Below the pieces are notes generated by a model, which was not told where the DNA came from, ran no database searches, and worked only from the letters and a program-made list of their open reading frames with translations. A stretch of 64,000 nucleotides of DNA from positions 86,862,001 to 86,926,000 of the forward strand of contig NC_042997.1 of assembly GCF_006345805.1 (NCBI RefSeq), in the 5' to 3' direction. Position 1 is the first letter of the stretch; every line of letters begins with the position of its first letter. Positions 41,541 through 54,671 of this stretch are shown in pieces. Origin of the DNA: Octopus sinensis. Its lineage: Eukaryota. The position numbers were made by a program, and so were the translations under genes.

Positions 41541-42669
41541 GGTGCTATTTAAGAAGAGTGGTCCCGGTGTGCGCACTCGCGCGCCCGCGCTAGCTAGTCG
41601 TGACTAGTCGATCCTACAACGACTACCTAGCGCGAGTGCGCGTATGCAAATTAATAGATGCGCGCATAAAAATCTCGCGCACGAATGCATATCAAATAAA
41701 ATGGGTTTTTTTAAAAAAACAAATAGGGTTTTTTTAAAACAAAGTAAATAATTTTTTTTTCTAAAATAAACTAAATAATTTTTTTTTCTTGCTTTTCGCT
41801 ATCCAAATCGCACGTGGTTGCTTTCATAGCAAATAAAAAAATTGAATATCACACAGTTCTTGCAATTCGTTTGAAATTCCCCCCAAACAATAAAATAAAA
41901 TGTTGAAGTTGATTTGAGTTACTGGAATGTTAACCATTCTGAAAGGTGCTTCAGAATGTTTTCAAAACATTCATTTCCAGTTTTTCCCGCCAAAGAAATT
42001 CGTCTAGATATGATTCAACCATGTCTGTGTGTACCACCATCATACTCTTCCAATAACTTTCTTTTTCTTTGCTCTTTTAAAGCCTAGCCAGGCTCATGGG
42101 TCCGGTTTCCCGGTTTCAATGGCGTATATGTTCCCCAGCTCGACGGGACGCCAGTCCATCGCAGCGTTACTCATTTTTGCCAGCTGAGTGGACTGGAGCA
42201 ACGCGAAATAAAGTGTTTTGCTCCAGAACATAACGCGTCGCCCGGTCCAGGAATCGAAACCACAATCTTACGATCATGATGCTGACACCCTAACCACTAA
42301 GCCACGCGCCTCCACTCTTCCAATAACATTCATCCGAATTTGTATGGACATTCTGCCTCTGTTGCATTCTAACTCTGTTGTATTTGCGCTTATTTACTCT
42401 GTTTATTTGTTTAAAAAAATTATTTACGTTGTTTAGAAAAAAAGATTATTTACTTTGTTTTTTTAAAACTCCTATTTGTTAAAAAAAATCCCATTTTATT
42501 TGATACATATTCGCGCGCGTGAGTTTTATGCGCGCATGCATGCATCTATTAATTTGCATACGCGCACTCACGCTAGGTAGTCGTTGTAGGATCGACTAGT
42601 CACGACTAGCTAGCGCGGATGCGCGAGTGCGCGAGTGGGCGCCCCGGACCACTCTTCTTAAATAGTACC
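41541..42669. mobile_element. Non-autonomous Mutator/MULE-like element with ~230-bp TIRs and 9-bp TSD
   Basis: Left end GGTGCTATTTAAGAAGAGTGGTCC; right end GGACCACTCTTCTTAAATAGTACC. Flanked by TAATTCTAG (41532-41540) and TAATTCTGG (42670-42678). Confidence 0.85.
42058..42313 (-). mobile_element. tRNA-derived SINE (third family) inserted in the MULE-like element, with a 14-bp TSD
   Basis: ACTCTTCCAATAAC at 42044-42057 and 42314-42327. Minus-strand A box TGGCTTAGTGG, B box GGTTTCGATTCC, core CTGCGATGGACTGGCGTCCCGTC and A-rich tail. Confidence 0.9.
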
Positions 42670-43154
42670 TAATTCTGGATATAAAAATACCGGATGGTTC
42701 CAACTGGAATGTCTCTAAGTGTACGTGCTTATTCAGTCACGCCTGACCTAGGGCTAAACCACCACAAAACTTCCGTCGACGAAAGCAGTGAGGATTTAGG
42801 AGAAGTTAAGAAGGCTTCGTTAATAAATGATGCGTTTAATAGTGACACGCGTGCTGTCCACGCGCCATTTTCCCTCCAATGTCAGCCTACCATATTTATA
42901 AAACCTTTTCTTTTTCTTTCTAAACAGCAATTATCTATAAACGTGTCGAAAAAGCAATGGTTAAAGGCCAGATATAATGGTGGCCAAACATTTGGCAAGT
43001 TGCTTTCTCAGCAGTGCCACCTGCTGGAGTATACAGCTCGTTATTGTCCTATTTTCCCTCTTTCCTTTCATTTCATATCACTAACACTACCAACAAGCAA
43101 GAGGCATTTTCGATGATGCTGTTGTTGTTGTTGTAGTCGTCGTCATTATTATTA

Positions 43155-43222
<68 letters not shown>

Positions 43223-43313
43223 TTTTTATTTATTTTTATTATCATCACCATCATTGTTGTTGTTGTGGTTATTATTATTATTATTATTATTATTATTGTT
43301 GTTGTTGTTGTTG

Positions 43314-43396
<83 letters not shown>

Positions 43397-44329
43397 TGAA
43401 TGGCGACAGAGAACTCGCGTCTCGTAATTATGTCGTTTATCTGATTTACTATAAACTATAATTTTGGCAGCAGGTGGCTGCAGGTGGCAGCAGATGCTGA
43501 CAATAAAAGTGATCAATATAGAAGATGATGATGACGATGATGATGATGGTGGTGGTGGTGATGGTAGTGTTGCAGGTGCTGGCAGCGGTGGTAGGCATCA
43601 TGATGGTGACGACAGCTTGGAATGGCGACTGATATGATGATGATGGTAACAATGACGACGACGATGTTAACCACATCAATGATGATGATGACGATGATGG
43701 TAGTGGTGGTGATGGTGGTGGTGGTGGTGGTGGTGGTGGTGTGATGCTTTTATTTTGAAAAGGAAGCGGAATCCATTACATAATACATCTTATTTGGTTT
43801 TTACTCTAGTAATCCTATAGAGACAGAGATGCAACGTTACTCCCTTGCAAAAACTGAATGCGGACAGTATAGCAACGAAACAAAACTCAAAAAAGAAAGT
43901 ATTTAGACTAGTGACTAGGGGTTGTAAATCATTTTAATCTCGGTGGACAATAGAGTTTATTTTAAAAATTATTGGCACGCATTGCGTGGAAAGAATTTAT
44001 TTTTAAAATACTGTTTAAAAGTTAGAAATTAAAAAAAACATATCTTTTATCGTTTATTAGTTTCAGTCAATTTTGATTGCGGCCATGTTGTCGCACCGTC
44101 TTGACGGGTTTTGTTGAATGAGTCGTCCCCAGCACTTCATTTTTCAGCCTGAGACTTATTCTATCGTTTTTTTTTTGCCGAACCGCTAAAGACGTAAACA
44201 CACTGGTTGTCAAGCGGTAGTGAAGGACAAAAACAGACACAAATACAAGGATGCGAGCGCGTACACACACACATACACACACACGTTCTTAATCAAGCCC
44301 TGATTTATAGCATAAAAAATTCCATTTTG

Positions 44330-45199
44330 TCCCGACGCGAAATAGATATACTTGCCACGCGAGCCACTCTGGTAGATTTTGATGGAAGATTATGGAGTAG
44401 ATCAGATAAGGAGAATGCATTTGGTATAGAAATGGGCTCATGCGATTCTGCTCTGGTCACTGATCAAGTCGGAATATATAACCTTTCATTAATCCAGCTT
44501 TCCTTTCCAGAAATAACAGGGGATCTATATAGGGATGACGCCTTATTTTTTCTGGACAGAATTAGCAAATTACAGTTAGAAAGGAACAGGAAAATTTTCT
44601 TTAGACTTTTTAAAAATTTAGGACTAAGCATTGCTATGGGTAAAGATCATCGTAGAGTGAATTTTCTTGACGCTATCTTCTGTCTTGATACTGGATTATT
44701 TGAATTATTTCATAAGCCAAATGATCATATTAAGTACATTAACGTAGCCTCTAACCATCCACTCTCGATTATACGGGGATTAGTTAAGAATATTTCGACA
44801 AGAATTTCTAGATTATCAGTTAGTAATAAAATTTTCGAATCACATGAAACTTATCATAATGCTGCTCTAGCTAGGGCTGGTTACCGTGAAAAAATTCAAT
44901 ATATACAAGAGTGTCCAAGAAGCAGGCATACGCAACACTGATAATTCCTCCATTTGTAATACACATTGTACACCACCACAACGTCACTGGCCTGTATTCT
45001 TTATCTGAGTGAGTTCTCAAACCGTGACGTTGTGGTGGTGTACATTGTGTATTACAAATGGAGGAATTATCAGTGTTGCGTATGCCTGCTTCTTGGACAC
45101 TCTTGTATATATTGAATTTTTTCACGGTAACCAGCCCTAGCTAGAGCAGCATTATAATAAGTTGCATGTGATTCGAAAATTTTATTACTAACTGATAAT
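44330..45199 (+). mobile_element. Naiad-type Penelope-like RT fragment ending in a 176-bp fold-back duplication
   Basis: ORF 44207-44941 contains GIEMGSCDSALVTDQVGIY, LYRDDAL, VNFLD, KPND..YIN.ASNHP..II and AAL..AGY. Arms 44812-44987 and 45024-45199 are inverted copies. Confidence 0.8.
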
Positions 45200-46109
45200 A
45201 TATGTGATATGGCTGGCATTTCTTAACGACGGACAGTAACATAGTGGCAGTTTAACGGCTGGCGTAAAATTTTGAACTTGATATAAAAGAAAATTCCTAA
45301 ACACCAAGCTTTGAAGTGATTCTTTCTCACGACAGTAGACTCACCATGGCAAGCATTCAAAACTTCTTCATCATGGACGGCAACACATTGAAGATTTAAA
45401 GGCTGGCGCAAATTTTTTTTGCTTCATGTAACAGAGAATTCCTAAACACCCGCTCCTTTAAATTTTAATCCCCTTCAAGCCCCATTTAGACCTCTTTTTA
45501 CATTTTGGTTAATATAACCCGATTTCATTCGGGTCTACTCGGGTCACATTTTATAAGATGAGGAATTTTGTCCTAGAGGTCACGCCTTTCATTTGAGGAA
45601 AAAAATAGTTGCCATGCAAACTCGCCAGCACTTTTAACATAGGTGTCCATATTTTCAGCACAACCGACCACATAAAGCACACATTATACATATATATATA
45701 TATATACCATTATATATATATATATACAAATGTATACAAATTATATATATATATATATATATATATAAATTAAATTAGAGATAAAACCACTATTAGGCAA
45801 ATCAAACAGTGAAAAACATAAACCAAAACATAAAAATAAAAACATAATATACAAAATATATAAAATATAAAATTTAAATTATTTAAATTTAAAATTAAAA
45901 TTATTAATTTATATTTATAATTTTAAAAAAATATATATATAACAACCAAAAAGTATTAAAAAGTTTAATATACATAAATACAGATATATACACTTTGTAT
46001 ATATACATTATATATACATATTTATATATAGAACACACACACAAACATACACACACACACACACACATATATATATAAATTATCCCAATAAATATCTGAT
46101 TCATAATAT

Positions 46110-46596
46110 TTGTTCTCATGATTGCGTGGTGGTGGTGGCGATGATAATTCTGTCTATGAATGCAGACAGACGTAGAGAGAGAGAGAGAGAGAGAGAGAGA
46201 GTGTGAAAGCGCTGTCGAAGGCTGGGAGGGGGAGATATAGAACGCTGTTTGACGACGTTATATATAGAAAGTGAAGGGGAGTTAGACGCTGTTAAACGAC
46301 GTTATATATAGAAAGTGATGGGAAGAGAGGAAAGAGAGTGAGTGACAGAGGAAGACAGATACATAAAAGAATGAGTGTAGACTTGTCAAAGTGCGTTTTT
46401 GGCCCTAGCAACGACATCTTTTAAGATAGAGATTTCTAACCTAGCCCACTCGCACCCTCACCTCATTTTACATGTCCCTGTAAATTTTGGAGTCAATCCG
46501 GTGGGATCTAGTGGCCTTTAACCCGTTATCAATGCCAAAACCAGACAGACAAACAAACAAACAAACTTTTCGTATTTCAGATTTATAATATAGAGA
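46110..46596 (-). mobile_element. Non-autonomous Helitron-like 5' portion
   Basis: Host-A|TCTCTATATTATAAATC followed by (TTTG)n/GTCTGTCTG at 46596, same layout as the 23173 terminus; 3' end not located. Confidence 0.5.
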
Positions 46597-47149
46597 TATT
46601 TAATGCATGGCCGCAGTCTAATGGTTGAAACACAAATGATAAAAGAATTCATCCGAAATTTTGAGATCGTAGTTCAAGAAACCTATTGAATGGGCAGTAA
46701 AATTCTATAAATTTACCCAATATTATCTCATCTATTTTATTGGACTCATTTTTTTATTGCATCAATGAAAGTTTTGAAATAATTTCCCAGATTGTCTACT
46801 ATTTCGTGACTCGATATCTCAATCTTAATGATTAGATGAAATTGATAGGCAAATATTCATTTTCTGGGTATAAATATACATCAACTGCTGGTTTCGCCTA
46901 CCAAGTTCAAGTCTGTATGACCAACAGCTGTTAACACATTTTATAAAGCATTTTTCACTCTCTGTTTCGTTCTCTCTTTTAATGTATGTGTGTCCCAAAC
47001 CGTTCTCGTCCCAGACAAAGAAAGAAGGAAATGACATATTAACAAGTGTCTGGTATTTCGTATCTATAAACAACACCTGCTGCTAAAGAGTGAGAGAGAG
47101 AGAGAGAACATTTCGAATCGACAGCTATCTGAATGGAGATCAAAGAGTA

Positions 47150-47522
47150 ACTTACATATCGTGGCACTCCGTCGGTTACGATGACGAGGGTTCCAGTTGA
47201 TCTGATCAATGGAACAGCCTGCTCGTGAAATTAACGTGTAAGTGGCCGAGCCCTCCACAGACACGTGTACCCTTCACGTAGTCCTCGGGGAGATTCAGTG
47301 TGGCACAGAGTGTGACAAGGCTGGCCCCTTCGAAATATAAGTACAACAGAAACAGGAAGAAAGAGTGAGAAAAAGTTGTGGTTCGCCACCACCACCTGCT
47401 GGAGCTTCTTGGAGTTTCGAGTGTTTTCGCTCAATAATCATTCACAACGCCCGGGCTGGGAATCGAAACCGCGATCCTACGACCGCGAGTCGCTGCCCTA
47501 ACCACTGGGCTATTGTGCCTTA
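47150..47522 (-). mobile_element. tRNA-derived SINE (fourth type)
   Basis: Minus-strand head AGGCACAATAGCCCAGTGGTTAGGGCAG...GCGGTTTCGATTCCCAG, with a distinct body and tail. Confidence 0.7.
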
Positions 47523-47591
47523 CGGTGAATTACATATAACAGAAATATATAACAGAAATATATAACAGAGTTATATGGAAGAAGAAGAAGA

Positions 47592-47626
<35 letters not shown>

Positions 47627-47801
47627 AAGAAGAAGAAGAAGAAGAAGAAGAAGAAGAAGAAGAAAGAAGAAGAAGAAGAAGAGAAGAAGAAGAAGAAGAA
47701 CAAAAACAACAACAACAACGTTTGTCAAGGTTAAGAAAACTATATGAATGTTCATAAATAATCTATATACGTGTATATTTTTTTAAATGTTGTACATATG
47801 A

Positions 47802-47848
<47 letters not shown>

Positions 47849-48274
47849 ATGCATTTACTGTTTAATAACAGACTGTAAGCTGTTTTGATCTTATGACCTT
47901 GTCAATAATTGATAAGTAATGAACTATGTACAGTAATGAAGTACTGCTTTGGAAAATTGCAGACAAAGCACACAATGAGGTCGTGGGACTATGTAAAACC
48001 TTACATCTGAGAATATATTTTTACCGTCAATTTAAATAAATGCTTATTAAATTTCAATGGATACCTATGTATATATGTACATGTAAAGGCAATTAAGAGA
48101 GATAGAGATAGATAGATAGAGAGAGAGAGAGAAGAGAGAGAGAGAAAGAGAGAGAGAGGGGTAATTAATATACAACTTCTTAGCAATAGGGGAAAAGAAG
48201 AATACTCTTGGCTTGGAGTCTATATTTCGTAGATTTACGTTTATAATGAATTGTAATTGAAAAAAAAAAAAGAA

Positions 48275-48307
<33 letters not shown>

Positions 48308-48310
<3 letters not shown>

Positions 48311-48417
48311 CCGTGATCGACCAGGCTATCATATGTTGCTACACATCACTGGTTCACAATGCACTTCGCATTGTTTTAGCCTTTAAGTGACGCCACCCCG
48401 CTGGCTAAGCGAGCAGG

Positions 48418-48421
<4 letters not shown>
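48308..48421 (-). mobile_element. ~110-bp non-repetitive island inside an (AT)n array, probably a retroelement 3' tail
   Basis: Flanked on both sides by pure (AT)n. The TGGCCTGCT start also occurs beside AT-rich repeat at ~27898. Confidence 0.4.
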
Positions 48422-48487
<66 letters not shown>

Positions 48488-48519
48488 AAAGTCGAACTAA
48501 ATATAGGGTTCAAATTTTG

Positions 48520-49430
48520 GTACAAGGCCAGCAGCTTTGGAGGATAGAGTAAATCAATTACATTTGACTCCTGTGCTTAAATGGTACTTATTTTATCGAC
48601 CCAGAATAGTTGGCAAAGTCGACCTCGGTGGAATTTGAACTGAGAACATAAAGACGGACAGAATACTGCTAAGCATTTTGCGTGCTAACAGTTTTGTCAG
48701 ATCGTCGCCTTAAGTCAAGTGAAATATTCTTTTCTACTCTAGGCACAATCCCCGAAATTAGGGAGGGGTCCAGTCGATTAGATCGACCCCAGTACGCAAC
48801 TTGTACTTATTTATCGACTCCGAAAGGATCAAAGACAAAGTCGACCCCGGCGGAATTTGAACTCAGAACGTAAAAACAGACGAAATACCTATTTCTTTAC
48901 TGCCCACAAGGGGCTACACATAGAGGGGACAAACAAGAACAGACAAACGGATTAAGTCGATTATATCGACCCCAGTGCATAACTGGTACTTATTTAATCG
49001 ACCCCGAAACGATGAAAGGTAAAGTCGACCTCTGCGGAATTTGAACTCAGAACGTAACGGCAGACGAAATACCGCTAAGCATTTCGCCCGACGTGCTAAC
49101 GATTCTGCCAACTCGCCGCCTTGTCAAGCCAAATGCTTTGAATGCATTAATGCATTCAAAATATTAATACTTAGTTCGACTGGCCGTATGAAACCAATAT
49201 TTGGTTTGACTGAAAGCAGCGAGCTGGCAGAATCGTTAGAACGCCAAACAAAATGATTTGGGACATTTCGTCCGTTTTTTACGTTTTAACTTCGAATGCC
49301 ACCATGGTCGACTTTGCCTTTCATCTTTTCAGTGTCGATAAAATAAGTGCCAGCTGTCTACTGGGGTCGATGTAATCGACTTGCCCCCTCAGCTGAAATT
49401 TCTGGCCTTGTGCCAAAGTTTGTAACCAAT
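48520..49430. mobile_element. Cluster of four SINE family B copies (three minus, one plus)
   Basis: Core GTCGACC(T/C)CGGCGGAATTTGAACTCAGAACG is repeated; the 48890-49120 copy retains the full 3' end. Confidence 0.88.
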
Positions 49431-49875
49431 TTTTGATTTGACTTTATTATTATATGCTATACACAACTCCATGCCATTAGAAGCTAGTCTGTACTTACAT
49501 CTTTTACACGGATAGTGTAACACGATTTTGGAGTTGCTTGTCTTTCTGGACGTGAGTTTAAAAATTCGGATAAAGTGCGTCGCTGCTAAGTATAACACGA
49601 AATGTGTGTGTGTGTGTGTGTGTTAGCATGTGTGTGTGTGTGTGTACGTGTGTGTGTGTATCACTTCTAATCATAACATAAAATATGTATACACACACTC
49701 ACACACACACATACAGTTGTCAATAATGGAACACGACTGTCACTACACAAAGCTGACGATTGTATAACGCATGAACGTACTAGTTTGTTTCAATATTGTA
49801 AAATTACAATATTAATAAAATTGGAAATAATAACGTGACTAATATATTCTTCTATACACAATTATACACCTTCGG

Positions 49876-49971
<96 letters not shown>

Positions 49972-49974
49972 ATG

Positions 49975-50035
<61 letters not shown>

Positions 50036-50221
50036 TACTTACATACAGGAGACCAAAAGTGTACGTACACCGGTAACCGGCCGAAACTGCAACGACAATC
50101 TGAAACTCGACTGACGATAGAAATCTCCGAATGACCCGTCCTTGTTTATCCCTGTCCTTTTTTGTATCGTTTAACTTTCCGGGTGTTTTGTTGTCGCCTG
50201 TTACGTTCTTGTTCCATTTAT

Positions 50222-50290
<69 letters not shown>

Positions 50291-50402
50291 GCAGACGTAA
50301 CAGAGTGACTCAAGGTGCAAGAACTTCGTACGTTGACTCTTGGCACTTATCAAGGTAGTTTGATAAGTGCCAACGCACTACTAATTTTATATATGTTTAT
50401 AT

Positions 50403-50467
<65 letters not shown>

Positions 50468-50698
50468 GCATACATACATACATGCATGCATACATACACA
50501 CATACATACATACATTCATACATACATACATACATACATACATACATACATACATACATACATACATACATTCCTACATACATACATATATATGTGTATA
50601 TATGTATACACATATATACATACATACATACATACACACACACATATATATATATATATTATATATACGCGAGAAAGAAGCAACAAGAATGGATAGGT

Positions 50699-50789
50699 TT
50701 TTAGTACAATCGTTTCATACAAGGACAGGCTTTATTAAATGTTGCAAAAATTACAGCATATAAACGTGTCCCGTACTCATCAGCTAAAA
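50699..50789 (-). ncRNA. Intact type I hammerhead ribozyme (left inverted repeat)
   Basis: Reverse complement of 52603-52693; predicted cleavage between 50705 and 50704. Confidence 0.8.
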
Positions 50790-52602
50790 TACATGTGAGT
50801 TCTCTAGACATCCTAGTGGTTGAGGCTATACTCATGAAGTAATGTAGATAATTAAGTAACATAAACAGATTTCTCGTCTTTTAAATTACGTCATAAAGCT
50901 GGTACCACCACACTTTCAAACAAAATCTGGGAACTCAAAAATAATAATAATAATTATAACCTTAATTGGGAAATAGTTAGGAGAGCAATTCCGTATAAAA
51001 ATAGTAGGGTTGGTTGCCAACTATGCTCCATGGAGACGTATGAAATTCTAAAGCATAGAAAACATAGAAACTTATTGAATAACCATATCGAACTAGGTCA
51101 AGTTGTGTCCACGCTAATTGAAGACTTTAAAATATTTTAAATGATTAGAATATTCGTAACTAGATAGATAGATAGATATAACTTGATTTTTACTAGTATA
51201 GCACTGCTTTAAGTAGATAACTAAGAGTTCTCACACTACAGTTATCTTTTTCCTTATATCTGCATCAGTTTTTTGAGAACAGGGAAATGAATAGTACTTA
51301 TACGCTGCTTAATTGAGGCTTTATTTAATTTCAAACTCATAATTTTAAATCTTAATTTTAAATCTTAATTGTAATTTTTAATTTTAATTCTTAACTTAAT
51401 CTAATTTAAGTAGCATAACTTTAATAAAATAAAATGAGTTACTAAAGCCCCATAATTCTATTTCAAAATTAAATAAATAAGGCTACTCCCTCGGTGATAA
51501 TATGATTATCTTCATTATGATAGACAATTCCCTAACACCTTGTAAATGATCTTCTAAGATTTGACCTGTAGTCCGTCAATGTATGAATAATAACGGCAAC
51601 TCCTTAAGACAATAAAATGAATAAATGAAATAAATAATTTTAATGACTTTTTGATAAGATTATACTTAGATTTTCCTATGTATTTTCTTTTGATTTTAGC
51701 CTCTGACTCCTAAACCCCTGACCGTGTTATCTCTTTAGATTCTCTTAAATTCATAGCTGATTTCAACAGCAATAAATTAGCTGTTTTACTGGTCAAAGAA
51801 TAATATTCTCCTCTAGTTCCTAGATGCCTGTAAATTAAAACCAGACTTGCCGTCTACTAATTCTTCTGTATAACTAGAACCCTCTTTTTTTCTTTTTCTT
51901 TTTTTTCCCTTCTTTCCCTATTTCTTTCTCTTTTCTCTTTTTTCTTTTTCTTCTTCTTATTCTCTTTTTCCTTTTCTCTTATCTTTTAGTCCCCCTCCCC
52001 CCCCCCTTTTTGCTCCCTCCTCCTTTATTTTCTCTCTTTTCTTCTCTTCCCTTCCCTTTTCTGTTCTTTGCATCTCTAGAAAGCCCGTCAGCCTTTAAAA
52101 GTTAAATAGCTACAGCCTCTTGTAAATAGCAGTAATGTGATTAATGTGGCAAACCTAATCATATAACAAGAATTGATACCTACCTCATTGTGTTCAACCA
52201 TTGATAATTTATCGCCTGTGAATATGAAATTCCTCTTCATTTCTCTGGAAATTTACATCTACACCATTGGAAATTGTGCATCTATACAAAGGATTAATTC
52301 ACCCTCTCTGTAATGCTAATAAGCAGGAATTGAGACCCACCTCGTTGTGATTAACAATGGATAAATTTGTCGTCTGTGAGTATGTAATCCCTCCTCATAT
52401 CTCTGGAAATTCATATGTGCACTATGGATTAGGTCACCTTCTCTGTGATGCTATTAAACTTTTTTAAAATTCTGTGATAAGACTGTACATCATCTTTAAA
52501 GAACTTTAATGAACTTTGGAAATCTGTTTATGTTACTTAATTATCTACATTACTTCATGAGTATAGCCTCAACCACTAGGATGTCTAGAGAACTCACATG
52601 TA

Positions 52603-52693
52603 TTTTAGCTGATGAGTACGGGACACGTTTATATGCTGTAATTTTTGCAACATTTAATAAAGCCTGTCCTTGTATGAAACGATTGTACTAAAA
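52603..52693 (+). ncRNA. Intact type I hammerhead ribozyme (right inverted repeat)
   Basis: TTTTAG-CTGATGA-GTACGGGACA...TGTCCTTGTAT-GAAAC-GATT-GTA|CTAAAA. Stem I is 6 bp perfect, all core nucleotides are present, and the GUA cleavage site is at 52687. Confidence 0.82.
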
Positions 52694-53915
52694 ACCTATC
52701 CATTCTTGTTGCTTCTTTCTCGCTTATAATCACCCCACATTACTGTATTGTTAAAACAGTATAGTTTTTTTTTGGTGCATCTAAGTTAGGTACCATATTC
52801 AAGTAAATTCATTTAAATTAACTTGAATCTTTATTGCTTTTTGAATATATTTATATATATATATATATACTAACTGAGGTACCTGGTAATATCTAGTAGC
52901 GGGGATATTCCCAGTACCTATTTCAATGCCTAATTTCTCTCAGACACAAATGAAATCAAGGACATAGAACAGATAATAGAAGGCGTAAGCAAATTCATTC
53001 ACGAAACAATAATACAAATAAATACGTGTGGAATCGGAAAATGACAATTGTTTGGTCAGGTGAGTGGAAAGCTGCGAATATATAAACAATGGAAACATCA
53101 AGAATGGAATTGTAAAGGAGTGCTGTGAAAAAAATATAATAAAAGTTTGAAAAGTAAACAAAAAAATTATTTAGAGCAAAGAAATGTTATACTTACAACA
53201 ACGGCTGGAGTGCAGAGGCACCTTGAAGCGACGTGGCGGTCATAAGAGTCATAAGGTGCTATGAGGAGAGGAAAAAAGCATACAGAATTTACGATTTTCG
53301 TCATTTTGCGGCAAATTCTCTTGCAACCCGAGGGAAAATTTTAAGTGCACATGCACTTACTTTGACGACTGTGTTTCGTGGGTATAGTTCCACCAATCGT
53401 GGGAATCAAATATCGATTGCGACGGTTAGAATCGATAATTTAAAGTGCAGGTGTTAAGAAAATACATGTTACATGTTTTATCACACAATACTGCAACGTT
53501 TGGAATCGATAATTTTAAGTGCAGGTGTTACGAAAATACATGTTACAGCACCCTGAGAATGCTGAAATTATTGATGACCATTTCAACTCCACAACAATTT
53601 AGGCCAAATTTCGTTAAACAAAAATCTCCTTACGCTTTGCTTGAGTGGCTCAGATAAAAAAGCGCATATTCCATCTGTGTATACAATTTCAAGAAAATCG
53701 ACTGAAAACTTTAATAATTATGGCAGAAAATAACATTCATGTGAGAATTTGCATTGAAATGTCCTACTGATTTTTGAAAAATCGATGCTGATTGAAAATT
53801 TTGGATAGTCTCGGGGTTAAAGTAACAAATTCACAAACACACACACAGAGCCACAAGCAGACAGAAATTGCTATGTATGTATGTATGTATGTATGTATGT
53901 ATGTATGTATGTATG

Positions 53916-53949
<34 letters not shown>

Positions 53950-53964
53950 TATGTGTGTATGTGT

Positions 53965-54470
<506 letters not shown>

Positions 54471-54555
54471 GAATAAAAGAATATATATACAGTGAGAGAA
54501 AAAGAGAAAAAACAGAGAGAGAGAATTAGGTAGGTAGGTAGGTAGCTAGGTAGGT

Positions 54556-54671
<116 letters not shown>

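Larger units (their letters stand above)
50669..52723 (+). mobile_element. 5'-truncated Naiad-type Penelope-like element bracketed by perfect 205-bp inverted repeats (inverted pLTR structure)
   Basis: Arms 50669-50873 and 52519-52723 are reverse complements. Open frame 50871-51140 reads FSSFK...TTLSNKIWELK...YNLNWEIV...GCQLCSMETYEI...LLN..EL, the Naiad-type GIY-YIG C-terminus; a +1 shift restores the final CVH. Confidence 0.82.

Noticed and set aside
42694-43116. 140-aa ORF
   Set aside because: No recognisable homology; more likely regulatory or non-coding.
48520-49430. Regularly recurring ~30-bp motif suggesting a CRISPR-like array
   Set aside because: These are adjacent SINE copies with homologous rather than unique spacers, in eukaryotic DNA with no cas genes.
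52130-52180. CGKPNHITR, resembling a CCHC knuckle
   Set aside because: Flanked by stops, last Cys absent, no supporting gag or ORF1 context.
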